A DNA stretch of 64,000 bases from an uncultured Planctomycetaceae bacterium (GTDB taxonomy: Bacteria; Planctomycetota; Planctomycetia; Planctomycetales; Planctomycetaceae): positions 1,344,001-1,408,000 of the forward strand of contig CAWFAK010000005.1 of the NCBI GenBank assembly GCA_963813715.1, written 5' to 3'. Positions 43,565 through 52,940 of the stretch are shown here, piece after piece (within the stretch, counting starts at the first letter, position 1; every line of letters begins with the position of its first letter). A program made the position numbers and the translations under genes. The notes beneath the pieces are model-generated. The model had not been told where the DNA came from. It ran no database searches and saw only the letters and a program-made list of their open reading frames with translations.

Positions 43565-44695
43565 ATGCGGATCCACCAGATTTTGCTTGGAGCCAGCACG
43601 GCTGCGGCCTCCCTTCTGTTTTCGCCCCGCGGAGCCGGATGCTGCTCGGCGGGAAGCGCGGCGGACACGCCGACACGGCAAGTCGCCTCGGTCGATCGAG
43701 CCGTCCTTCGCGACGCCATCAGCGAGGCGACCCTGCGGCTCAACAGTCCGCGGTTTGCCGAACGCGAAGCGGCCTCGAGAGAGTTGATCGACACCGGGGC
43801 GCCGGCCGTGGCAGCCCTGCGGGAAGTGGCTCTGCAAGGCAGCCTGGAAGCGTCGGTCCGTGCTGTCAGCATTCTGGAAGCGATCTACGTTGCCTCGGGC
43901 GACTTCGAGGAAGCCGCCACGGAGGACTTCTGGTCCGAGTTCAATGATGTGCTTCGCGCTTACATCTGGGTCGATCTGAGCGAAGCGCAGACCACGGCCG
44001 ACGCGGCCGAATCCGCGCTGGACGAACTGGAGCGCATCGGCCGCCCCGCCGTTGCCGAACGCGCCGAGATGGCGTTGGAATCGCACTACGATATCCGCGA
44101 GCGCCGCGCTCTCTGCGAAATCGAGCGACTGCACGGGAAGGCTATTTTTGGCGGCCTGCCCGCGACCGTCTTTTGGAACCCGCGGATCAATCCGGCCCCC
44201 CTGCCGAACGAGTTGCAGCGCGAAGCGAACAAGGGCCGCGGCGAATTGACGATGGTGATCATTGGGCCAAAATGGACCGGAGGCGACGAAGGGCTCAAGC
44301 AGGTCGCCCGTCTCAAGAAACTTCATAGCCTGTACCGCATCGAAGGCCAGCAGGTGACTGACGACGGCGTTCTGCGGTTGCGTGCCGCGCTCCCGGGGCT
44401 CGAGATCCAGGTCCGTGCCGCCGCCAAGCTGGGCATCGAGCACCGTCCCGACGTGATCGGTTTCGGCGTCGAACAGGGCTGCAAGATCGAAGCGGTCAAG
44501 CCGGGCGAAGCGGCGGCCAACGCCGGCCTGCGGACGAGCGATGTGATCCTCCAGTTCGCCGGACAAACGGTCAACAACTTCGATTCGCTGGTCGAGATCT
44601 TGCGTCACTACAATCCGGGCGACAACGTCGACGCGACGGTTTACCGCGACGGCGAAGTCCGCACGTACCACCTGACGCTGACCGGCTGGGATTAA
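43565..44695 (+). CDS. secreted PDZ-domain protein with HEAT-like N-terminus
   Basis: F.ERE.AS..L N-terminal helices, LRR-like VTDDGV..L, C-terminal PDZ (AANAGL..SDVI..F.G..V). Confidence 0.75.
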   Translation: MRIHQILLGASTAAASLLFSPRGAGCCSAGSAADTPTRQVASVDRAVLRDAISEATLRLNSPRFAEREAASRELIDTGAPAVAALREVALQGSLEASVRAVSILEAIYVASGDFEEAATEDFWSEFNDVLRAYIWVDLSEAQTTADAAESALDELERIGRPAVAERAEMALESHYDIRERRALCEIERLHGKAIFGGLPATVFWNPRINPAPLPNELQREANKGRGELTMVIIGPKWTGGDEGLKQVARLKKLHSLYRIEGQQVTDDGVLRLRAALPGLEIQVRAAAKLGIEHRPDVIGFGVEQGCKIEAVKPGEAAANAGLRTSDVILQFAGQTVNNFDSLVEILRHYNPGDNVDATVYRDGEVRTYHLTLTGWD

Positions 44696-45074
44696 CCCAG
44701 GCGAGGTTCGACTGGCCCGGTTGAATCGGTCCGCCCTAGCCGTGCGACTATTCCGGTGTTGCTTGCCGGGCGTGCTGCCCGTGCTTTCCACCCGAGGCCC
44801 TTGCTGGCCCCACTGCTGCGCCCCTTCGCTTCCGAGGGTTTTGCGCACCTTTGCGGCCTGATTGCTCCCGTCCGCAAGGTCGCTACTGGCGGAAACCGAC
44901 GCCCGTGTTGCCCGTGTTGATTTTCCGCAACTGTTTCGCTTTTTCCGCGCCCTGCGGAATCGTGAGCTACGTTTTTCTTGTCAAAGCGGCCGGAAAGGGC
45001 CGGCGCCGCGCCTCGCGCGCGACTGCGGGGCCCGCAGGCATCGAATCGCATCGAAACAGGGAGTAAGGGATCCG

Positions 45075-46406
45075 ATGGTCAACGCCAAGTTCGTTCCGCC
45101 TCGTCCGGGCCGTCCCACCGCCGAGCAAGGACAGACCGATTTCGACGAGTTGAAGCGGCTGATCCACGGCAAGCTGGTCGACAAACTCGATCTGACCCGC
45201 CTGGGTGATCTCGAAGGCGACACGCTGCGGCGCGAGATCCGTCTCGTCGTCGAGCACTTGTGCGATACCGAAAATCCGCTGCTCAACCGCTCCGAGCGCG
45301 AAAAACTCATCGAGGAAGTGCTCGACGAGACGTTCGGCTTCGGGCCGCTCGAGGCGCTGCTCAAGGAAGACGGCGTCGCCGATATCATGATCAACGGCCC
45401 CAAGAACATCTTCTTGGAAAAGAACGGCCGGATTCAGCGCTCGAAGATCACGTTCCGCGATAACGAACACCTGATGCAGATCCTGGACCGCATCGTGTCC
45501 AAGGTCGGTCGGCGTATCGACGAAACGTCTCCGATGTGCGACGCCCGTCTTCCGGACGGCTCCCGTGTCAATGCGATCATTCCTCCGCTGGCCCTCGACG
45601 GCCCGGCCATCACCATCCGGCGCTTCGGCGCCAATCCGCTCACGCTCGAGGACCTGTTGCGGTTCGGTGCCTTTACGCCCGAGATGGTCATGCTCCTGGA
45701 AGGAGCGATGAAGGCCCGGCTCAACATGATCGTGAGCGGAGGTACCGGTTCCGGTAAAACGACGCTGCTCAACACGCTGTCGAGCTTCATCCAGGCCGAC
45801 CACCGAGTCATCACGATCGAGGACGCGGCCGAACTTCAGCTCCAGCAGGAACACGTCCTGCGTCTCGAAACGCGGCCGGCCAACATCGAAGGCAAGGGCC
45901 GCATCAACGCGACCGACCTCGTGCGTAACGCCCTGCGTATGCGGCCCGACCGGATCATCATCGGCGAGTGCCGTGGTCCGGAAGCGCTCGACATGCTTCA
46001 GGCCATGAACACCGGCCACGAAGGTTCGCTGACCACGATTCACGCCAACGCCCCGCGCGACGCCGTCTCCCGTCTGGAGACGATGATCAACATGGGCGGC
46101 ATCGATATTCCGCTGAAAGCCCTGCGGCACCAGTTCGCCTCGGCCGTCGACCTGATCGTGCAAGCCAACCGTTTGCAGGGGGGCCCGCGAAAGGTCACCC
46201 ACATCACGGAAGTGCTCAACATGGAGCAGGACACCGTGATCATGCAGGACATCTTCCTGTTCGTGCAGGACGGCATCGACGAGCAGGGACGCGCGTTTGG
46301 GCACTTCACTTCGACCGGCGTGCGTCCGGCGTTTATGTCTCGCCTCGAATCGGCCGGCGTCCGGTTGCCCGCCAACCTGTTCGCCGCCCGTCAACTGGGC
46401 CGCTAG
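45075..46406 (+). CDS. cpaF: Tad pilus assembly ATPase CpaF/TadA
   Basis: [42 protein letters not shown] and [14 protein letters not shown] motifs. Confidence 0.95.
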   Translation: MVNAKFVPPRPGRPTAEQGQTDFDELKRLIHGKLVDKLDLTRLGDLEGDTLRREIRLVVEHLCDTENPLLNRSEREKLIEEVLDETFGFGPLEALLKEDGVADIMINGPKNIFLEKNGRIQRSKITFRDNEHLMQILDRIVSKVGRRIDETSPMCDARLPDGSRVNAIIPPLALDGPAITIRRFGANPLTLEDLLRFGAFTPEMVMLLEGAMKARLNMIVSGGTGSGKTTLLNTLSSFIQADHRVITIEDAAELQLQQEHVLRLETRPANIEGKGRINATDLVRNALRMRPDRIIIGECRGPEALDMLQAMNTGHEGSLTTIHANAPRDAVSRLETMINMGGIDIPLKALRHQFASAVDLIVQANRLQGGPRKVTHITEVLNMEQDTVIMQDIFLFVQDGIDEQGRAFGHFTSTGVRPAFMSRLESAGVRLPANLFAARQLGR

Positions 46407-46485
46407 TCACACGAAGAGATCTGCCAGTCCATTTCGAGCAATTTGAGTACGCCGCGGGCCGCCGCCAGCCGCTGGGAACGCTGTC

Positions 46486-47451
46486 ATGAGTCCAATGATT
46501 ATTTCGCTTGCCGCGTTCTTCGCCGCCACGATGCTCATCGTCGGCGTCGCCGCCTTGATGGGCATGTTCAACACGTCCAAGGCGGAAGACCGCCTGGCGG
46601 TGATGACCGGCCGCAAGAAGGAGCTGGAGTCCGAGGGCATCGTCAAGGAAGAACTGTTCCGCGAGGGAAGAGCGGGCGTCGCCGGCATGCTGAGCGGCCT
46701 GGGCAAACGGCTTGAAGGGATGAGCCGCCTCTTCCAACAGGCGGACTGTCCCCTGAAGCCGGAAGTGTTCTTCGGAGTCATGGGACTCTGCGGGTGCCTG
46801 GGCTTTGCCGCCATGGCCATTACGCACGCCGCGCTGCCGTTGCTACCCGCCGGGGCCCTGATGGGTGCCTCGTTGCCGTTAGTCTGGCTGTTGTGGCGGC
46901 GGAAGCGGCGGTTTAAGAAATTTGGCAAGCAGCTGCCGGACGCCCTCGAACTGATCGCGCGAGCCTTGCGGTCGGGCCACAGTCTGGCCTCCGGCTTGCA
47001 CGTCGTCGTGGAAGAAATGCCGGCTCCCATTTCGACGGAGTTCGGCCAGGCATACGAGGAACAGAACCTGGGCGTGCCGCTCGAGCAGTCGCTCAAGAAC
47101 ATCCTCGTCCGCATGCCCAACATGGACCTCAAGTTCTTCGTCACCGCGGTGGCCATTCAAAAGCAGGCCGGCGGCGACATGGCCGAAATCCTCGACAAGA
47201 TCGGCTACATCATCCGCGAACGCTTCAAAATCATGGGCCAGGTGCAAGCTCTCACGGGCGAAGGCCGAATCAGCGGCGTCGTGCTGATGGCCTTGCCGAT
47301 CGCCCTCTTCTTCGCCGTCTACTACCTCAATCCGACCTACATCATGCTCCTGTTCACCGAGGAACTGGGCCGCAAGATGATCGCCGTCGCGGTGGTCTTG
47401 CAGATTCTCGGCGCGATCACGATCAAGAAAATCGTCAACATCAAGATCTGA
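46486..47451 (+). CDS. tadB: Tad pilus platform protein TadB
   Basis: QLPDALELIARALRSGHS, Q...GG..AE.L and ALTGEGR.S motifs, directly after cpaF. Confidence 0.92.
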   Translation: MSPMIISLAAFFAATMLIVGVAALMGMFNTSKAEDRLAVMTGRKKELESEGIVKEELFREGRAGVAGMLSGLGKRLEGMSRLFQQADCPLKPEVFFGVMGLCGCLGFAAMAITHAALPLLPAGALMGASLPLVWLLWRRKRRFKKFGKQLPDALELIARALRSGHSLASGLHVVVEEMPAPISTEFGQAYEEQNLGVPLEQSLKNILVRMPNMDLKFFVTAVAIQKQAGGDMAEILDKIGYIIRERFKIMGQVQALTGEGRISGVVLMALPIALFFAVYYLNPTYIMLLFTEELGRKMIAVAVVLQILGAITIKKIVNIKI

Positions 47452-47497
47452 CGACGGTATCAAGATTCTCACGGCATGGCCGCAGGATGGATCTGTC

Positions 47498-48436
47498 ATG
47501 GACTTAACGAACCTTTTGCCTTGGGCCATTTTCGGCGTCATCACGTTCGGCGTGTGGGCGCTGATCAACGTCTTCTCGTCGCGATCCAGCCGGGCGATCG
47601 AGCGGCTCGAAGAGCTGCGCGATCCGACGCTGCGAAACCGCGAAGGCGGCGGTTCCGGCAAAACCGGCATGGGCGCCGTCGTTGAAATGGCCGCCCCCGC
47701 CCTGTCGAAAGCTCTGCAACCCAAGACCGAGCTCGAGCAAAGCGAACTCAAAAAGCGGATGGCCAACGCCGGCTACAACGCCCCCGGCGCTGCCCAGCTC
47801 TTCCTGGCGATCAAGTTCGCCATGATGATCGGCGGCTGCTTGCTGGGAAGCGGCTTCGGCCTCGTGCACTGGGGGATGACGCAGAAGGGCTGGACCTCGA
47901 TCATCGTCGGGGCCGGCATCGGCTTCTATCTGCCTGAACTGGTGCTCGCTTTGATGAAGCGGTCGCGGCAGGAGAAAATCTTCCTGCAGCTGCCGGATAC
48001 CCTGGACCTCTTGGTCGTCTGCGTGGAAGCCGGCTTGGGTCTCGACGCGGGCATGCGTCGCGTTTGCGACGAGCTGGTCGATTCGGCCCCGGAGCTCACG
48101 TCCGAATTCAACATGGCCAACAAGCAACTGCAAATGGGACGTCCCCGCCGCGAGGTCTTGCATGACCTGGGCGTGCGGACGGGCGTCGACGACATGCGGG
48201 CCCTGGCCGCCATTTTGATTCAGGCCGACAAGTTCGGCTCCTCGATCGCCCAGGCCCTCCGCGTCCAGTCCGACAGCATGCGAGTCAAACGCCGCCAGAT
48301 CGCCGAAGAGCGAGCCCAGCAAACGGCCGTGAAGATGATCTTCCCGCTGGTGCTCTTCATCTTCCCGGGCATCTTCGTGGTGCTGGTCGGCCCGGCCGCC
48401 ATCTCCATGATCAACGGCCTGCTCAAGAACGGCTGA
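47498..48436 (+). CDS. tadC: Tad pilus platform protein TadC
   Basis: LPDTLDLLVVCVEAGLGLD, QADKFG.SI..ALR and KMIFPLVLFIFP motifs. Confidence 0.92.
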   Translation: MDLTNLLPWAIFGVITFGVWALINVFSSRSSRAIERLEELRDPTLRNREGGGSGKTGMGAVVEMAAPALSKALQPKTELEQSELKKRMANAGYNAPGAAQLFLAIKFAMMIGGCLLGSGFGLVHWGMTQKGWTSIIVGAGIGFYLPELVLALMKRSRQEKIFLQLPDTLDLLVVCVEAGLGLDAGMRRVCDELVDSAPELTSEFNMANKQLQMGRPRREVLHDLGVRTGVDDMRALAAILIQADKFGSSIAQALRVQSDSMRVKRRQIAEERAQQTAVKMIFPLVLFIFPGIFVVLVGPAAISMINGLLKNG

Positions 48437-48459
48437 CGCCCGCCACAACTCTCCAAACG

Positions 48460-48490
48460 AAAAACACTGGCCCCGGCCAGTGTTTTTTTT
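48460..48490. terminator. intrinsic, probably bidirectional terminator after tadC
   Basis: AAAAACACTGGCC-CC-GGCCAGTGTTTTTTTT inverted repeat with a T run. Confidence 0.85.
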
Positions 48491-48549
48491 GATCCCGTCC
48501 CGACCGCCTATTGCGTGCGCGGCTCCTTGATTCTGACGAACTCACTCTT

Positions 48550-48614
48550 CCCCCCTCGCCCCTTGCGGGAGAGGGGTCGGCCTGCGACGAGCTCAGTCGA
48601 GCCGGGGTGAGGGG
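48550..48614. repeat. REP-like palindromic element (CCCTCGCCCCTTGCGGGAGAGGG...GGGGTGAGGGG type)
   Basis: Hairpin CCCCTCGCCC-CTTGC-GGGAGAGGGG, a GAGCTCAGTCGA insert, then GGGGTGAGGGG. Confidence 0.65.
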
Positions 48615-48674
48615 CCCCTTTTCGATCCCGTCCCAATCGACGCGTCCCGTCCGGTTCGCGTCCCGTCCCGTGTC

Positions 48675-48754
48675 CACCACGAAGGCACAAAGGACCAAGG
48701 AATTCGAATCTGCTGACTTAGGATCTTGCTTCGTGCCTTCGTGTCTTTGTGGTG
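48675..48754. repeat. palindromic repeat CACCACGAAGGCACAAAG...CTTCGTGTCTTTGTGGTG
   Basis: Imperfect 18-bp inverted repeat arms around a spacer of about 45 bp. Confidence 0.7.
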
Positions 48755-49047
48755 AAAATCTCCGTGAGCTTGTCATCCCGCCTCACAGATTGTGACCGGA
48801 CCGGACCGGACCCGATCCCGTCGCGTCTCTCTCTATCTCTGACCTTGGACCTTGGACTTACTCGAGTCCCGTCCCGTCTAGCAGAGCAGTCCGGACCCGG
48901 ACCCCTGCTCGCGAAAGTGTCCGGACCGGACCTTTTGACCGGTCCCGTCCCCAGTTGGCGTGTCCCGACCGAGAGGTCGCGGATCAAATTCGCCGGGATT
49001 CGCTCGGTAAAACAACGTGTCCCGGGCTTTGCACAATGGAACGCATT

Positions 49048-50331
49048 TTAGCCGATCTGTTGTGCAATTCTCAGATTCGTTGTGCAGACCGGGGCGGCGG
49101 CGAAATCGGGCTGAATCCCAAGCTCGTGCATCGCTCCGATCAGCACGCAAAGGTTGTGACAGAGGATTTTGCAGAGCACTTCGTTCTTCATCGCCAGCTT
49201 GGTCCGGCTGCGAACGGCGTCCCCGAACTTGGTTTTGATCGACATGAAACAGGCTTCGATGTTAGACCGCTTGTGGTAATGCCGCAGGAACTCCTCCCGG
49301 TGCAGGCTGAAGTAGTGGAACGCCTTGGCGTAGAGCCCGCCGACCGCCCCGGTCGTGCCGGCCCGGAACGGGATGTACGCGGTCGCCTTGTGTTTCGCAA
49401 TCGCTTCAAAATTGGCCGTACTGGCGTACTGTCGGTCTGCTGAAACTTCCGACACGTCGAAGTTCTTCGCGGTCTCGTCCAAGAGCGCGGGCAAGAGCGG
49501 ACTGTCGTTCGTGCAGCGCTCGTGAATCTCGACGGCGGTCACGACGTGGTCGTGCAGCCGATCATCACGTGGGTTTTTACCCAGTCGGTTTCCTTCCGCT
49601 CGCCACCGCACGGGCCGTACTTGTGGTCGTACCAGCGATGGAATCGGCTGGCCGTGAATCCCGTTGAATCTGCGGCGAAATCGCTCTCAATCGCGGTAAG
49701 CGGCAGGCTGGCTTTGACGATCAACTCGCGCAAGAACGTCCGTCATGCGTTCATCGTCAAGGCGATTGAAGATCGAGTTGAAGTGCGGGACGCAGCCGAT
49801 GTGCCCCTTGGCGTGGCATCCGCAGGTCCGACATGAACCGCCGGCCGCTCAGCGTGGAGAACACCTTGAAGCAGACCGCGAACACGGCGTCACGCATCGG
49901 GATGCGGCGCTGTCCGCGCCCTCTTGCGATTCCTCTTCGATCCCTTCACACAACGCAGCCAAGAGCGATTGGAACGTATCCTTCTCGCTGGTCTGGGCGC
50001 GGTTGTACGCGGGCCACTGCTGCGGATAGCTCTTGCGGACGATCTTCTCTTCGACGGTCACGCTTTCCGTGATCGTCTCGCTTCCGTCCGCGAACAATTC
50101 CCTTTGTCGCACGATCCGAACGGCCAAGATGTGTTTGCAGGTACAGCCGCGTAACTCGAAATCGGGGCAAGTGCAGTGAGGCGACTGGTCGTCAGGATCG
50201 ACCTTGTACCGCTTCTCACCCGGCAACGATTGAGACGAGACGTACCATTGGTTCCCGATCTGCACGATCTTCTGCGTTGCCGCCAAGATCAGTGCGCGAT
50301 TCTCGCGATCCAGCAACTTCCAATCGGTCAT
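49048..50331 (-). pseudogene. SWIM-zinc-finger DDE transposase with at least 4 frameshifts (real decay or assembly error)
   Basis: N-terminal CTCPDF...CKH (SWIM), FAADSTGF, WVK.H, NDSP, SADRQY and YHKRSNIE..F..IK.KFG, K.L.HN. Frame breaks near 49922, 49815, 49735 and 49550. Confidence 0.85.
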
Positions 50332-50414
50332 GGCCGCTTCCCCTACAGGATGCGGCGCGACGGGTTAAAATGTCCGACAAGGGGCATTCGGGCCGTTCAC
50401 GCCTGAGTGCTTCG

Positions 50415-50448
50415 GCCCGTCGTAGCTCGAACTACGGCGGGCTTTTTT
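50415..50448 (+). terminator. intrinsic terminator antisense to the transposase leader
   Basis: GCCCGTCGTAG-CTCGAA-CTACGGCGGGC followed by TTTTTT. Confidence 0.75.
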
Positions 50449-50477
50449 GTTCCCGGTTCTAAAATGAACCAGTCGGT

Positions 50478-50506
50478 TTGACACCGTTACTATCCGTCAC
50501 TATACT
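50478..50506 (+). promoter_or_regulatory. sigma70 promoter for the cargo ATPase
   Basis: TTGACA (50478-50483), 17-nt spacer, TATACT (50501-50506). Confidence 0.8.
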
Positions 50507-50527
50507 ACACTATCCGATGCTAGTCAA
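50499..50527 (-). promoter_or_regulatory. sigma70 promoter for the transposase
   Basis: Minus strand TTGACT (50527-50522), 17-nt spacer, TATAGT (50504-50499). Confidence 0.75.
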
Positions 50528-50553
50528 CTCTAATTGCTCTGGAGGGCGAGGGC

Positions 50554-51807
50554 ATGCCTCTTTCCAAATCCGACTTGCAAACCAAGGCGCTTCAGCTCGG
50601 GCAGATTTTCAAACCGGCATCGCCAATCGATCAGGAGGATCTGTTTTGCGGGCGGCAAACCCAGATCCGCAACGTCGTAGACGCGATCAACCAGACCGGT
50701 CAGCACGTAATCATGTACGGCGAGCGGGGCGTGGGGAAAACTTCGCTGGCCAACGTGCTGGTATCGAAGCTTCGCGCTGGCAACCGCGTGATCGTGGCTC
50801 CGCACGTCAACTGCGACAACGGCGATGACTATGCCTCGATTTGGAGAAAGGTGTTCTCGGAAATCACTGTTATCTCGGAGAAGCGGTCGCCGGGATTTGT
50901 GGCCAAGATCGAGAAAACGGTGGGCTGTCTAGCGGATCAAATCAAGGGGCACATCACCCCGGATTCCGTCAGGAAGCTCCTAACGAGTGTCGGCGAGAAC
51001 TCCATGCTTCTCGTAATTCTCGACGAGTTCGACAAAATTCCGAAAAAAAATGTTCGCAGTCTGGTCGCAGACACCATTAAGGTGCTGTCGGACCGCGCTA
51101 CTCCGTCAACGATTGTCGTAGTCGGGTTTGCTGACGACGTTAACGGACTGATCGAAGAACACCAATCGATTGAACGGTGCCTAGTCCAGGTTCCAATGCC
51201 GCGCATGTCTCCAGTGGAACTCGAAATGATTGTAACCAACGGCCTCAAGCGCGTCGGCATGACGATCGACCAGGATGCCCTTCAGGAAATCTCGGGACTC
51301 TCTAAAGGGCTGCCTCACTACACCCATCTAATCAGCCTGCATTGCGCAAGGCGAGCGCTCGATTCCGGAACGCTGGCGATCACACCCGACCATGTAAAGG
51401 CCGCGGTTCGCGAGGCGATCACGGAGACGCAGCAGACCATTAAAAGCACGTATAACGAAGCAACTCTGAGCACGAAGAAAAATGCCCTATATCGGCAAGT
51501 GCTTCTTGCCTGCGCGATGACTGACGCGGACGACTTTGGCTACTTCGCTCCGATCGACGTGCGTGAACCGCTTAGTCGGGTGTTGAAAAAACCCTCAAAG
51601 ATTGAGGCGTTCGCAAAACACCTGCATGCGTTTTGCGAGGACAAACGCGGACCCGTGCTAAAAAAGATGCCGGATCGATCCAGGTTCCGTTTCATGAACC
51701 CACTCATGCAGCCTTTCATTCTGATGAAGGGGCTAAAGGACGATCTTGTGACCGAAGACGATTTGGGCCTGAAGCGTGATCCAAAGGCGGAAGGCAAATT
51801 GTTTTAG
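50554..51807 (+). CDS. Cdc6/ORC- or STAND-like AAA+ ATPase (transposon cargo)
   Basis: LFCGR, Walker A GERGVGKTS, Walker B LVILDEFD, IER arginine finger, SKGLPHY (GxP) and a winged-helix-like tail (RFRFMNPLM). Intact frame with SD-like GAGGG. Confidence 0.85.
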   Translation: MPLSKSDLQTKALQLGQIFKPASPIDQEDLFCGRQTQIRNVVDAINQTGQHVIMYGERGVGKTSLANVLVSKLRAGNRVIVAPHVNCDNGDDYASIWRKVFSEITVISEKRSPGFVAKIEKTVGCLADQIKGHITPDSVRKLLTSVGENSMLLVILDEFDKIPKKNVRSLVADTIKVLSDRATPSTIVVVGFADDVNGLIEEHQSIERCLVQVPMPRMSPVELEMIVTNGLKRVGMTIDQDALQEISGLSKGLPHYTHLISLHCARRALDSGTLAITPDHVKAAVREAITETQQTIKSTYNEATLSTKKNALYRQVLLACAMTDADDFGYFAPIDVREPLSRVLKKPSKIEAFAKHLHAFCEDKRGPVLKKMPDRSRFRFMNPLMQPFILMKGLKDDLVTEDDLGLKRDPKAEGKLF

Positions 51808-51838
51808 CCGCCCGGAAGCGGCAAGGGAGCATGCGGGC

Positions 51839-52291
51839 ATGATCGAAAAGCAGCTTTTGACGGCGGTCATCGTCCCCGTCGGGATTTTGGTCGTCACCGT
51901 CGTCTGCAAGTGCCTCATCCGAATGAGTTGGCCCAGGCTGACGGATTTTTACATGGGAATCGACGCGATGATGGCCGCCATCGCGTCGGGACTGATTTAC
52001 TTGTGCGATCTGGGCTATCAATATCGCGACGCAAAAAAAACCGTCGACCCAAAGGACAGGGCCGACCAGCTGGATCTCATTGCAAAGCACGCCTTCTACG
52101 GGATCGGATACTGTGTTGCCGTTGCGGTTTTTCTGTTCTTTTTGTTGCTTTTTCACCAGCGTTACGAAGCCCTAAAATTGCAGGGGAAAACGCCTAAATT
52201 CTGGAGTTGGATGAATTTTCTTATCTTGGTGATCTGCAATGGGATAGGCTTTGGTTGGCTGTTCGCAATCGTGTACTTTATCACCGGCTGA
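51839..52291 (+). CDS. hypothetical 4-TM membrane protein (transposon cargo)
   Basis: Four hydrophobic segments, AT-richer codons, GGGAG upstream, 31 bp after the ATPase. Confidence 0.7.
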   Translation: MIEKQLLTAVIVPVGILVVTVVCKCLIRMSWPRLTDFYMGIDAMMAAIASGLIYLCDLGYQYRDAKKTVDPKDRADQLDLIAKHAFYGIGYCVAVAVFLFFLLLFHQRYEALKLQGKTPKFWSWMNFLILVICNGIGFGWLFAIVYFITG

Positions 52292-52360
52292 GCTTGACAG
52301 TCCGATATAATGATTGCCGAGTCATTCCCATTCAGTCCGCCAACTCGCGGGCATTTCCTT

Positions 52361-52585
52361 ATGACCCAAAACGCAGAATCCACCAAGACGCGAACCGCGG
52401 AAGTGATCGCATGTACCGCTGCCGCGAGCGGCGTTGCGCTCGGAATTGCGTCGGCAGTTACCGTTTCGATTCCACTGGTTGCCGCCGCCGCTGGCCTCGG
52501 TCTTATTGGCGTCGCCGGCGAGTACTACGCTCAGCGCACGCCTGCAGGCACAGCGGTCCAGTCGGAGGGCAAGCCGCGCTCTTGA
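52361..52585 (+). CDS. small Ala/Gly-rich hydrophobic protein (transposon cargo)
   Basis: 74 aa with two glycine-zipper-like hydrophobic stretches, followed by a terminator. Confidence 0.5.
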   Translation: MTQNAESTKTRTAEVIACTAAASGVALGIASAVTVSIPLVAAAAGLGLIGVAGEYYAQRTPAGTAVQSEGKPRS

Positions 52586-52607
52586 GTCGCGGAAGATCGA
52601 TGCATGA

Positions 52608-52634
52608 CCGCTCCGCTAGGGGCGGTTTTTTTTT
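52608..52634 (+). terminator. intrinsic terminator closing the cargo operon
   Basis: ACCGCTCC-GCTA-GGGGCGGT followed by a T run. Confidence 0.75.
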
Positions 52635-52672
52635 GCGCCGCCCACGTCCCCCTCTCCCGGTACAATCGCGGC

Positions 52673-52940
52673 ATGAGCCGTAAACGCCGCTTGGTCCGAG
52701 TTGCGGTTTGCGCAGCCGTGCTGATCGCCTACGTGGGCGGATACTTCGTCTGGCCTCACGGTGAATTAGCTACCTTCGGGGATTTCTATCGCAGCTTCCC
52801 CTTGGAAGGACTCAACCGGCTCTACGTTCCGCTGGGCTGGCTAGAGTGCAAGATACGGGGGCGCACGGTAACCCTAAGCGGTCCGACCCCAGGTCACGGC
52901 ATCCAGTTCGATCCGGGCACTCTGGTAATTCGCGCTCGTT
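52673..52940 (+). pseudogene. membrane-anchored gene fragment at the right end of the transposon
   Basis: MSRKRRLVRVAVCAAVLIAYVGGYF...LYVPLGWLE. No stop before the TIR, so the frame reads through into flanking DNA. Confidence 0.5.

Noticed and set aside
48490..49014. CRISPR array in the repeat-rich intergenic region
   Set aside because: No constant-length repeats with unique spacers and no cas genes. The repeats are short palindromes and pentamers.
52294..52311. Perfect TTGACA and TATAAT hexamers in the cargo region
   Set aside because: They are only 6 nt apart, so they cannot form one sigma70 promoter. The TATAAT alone might still function.
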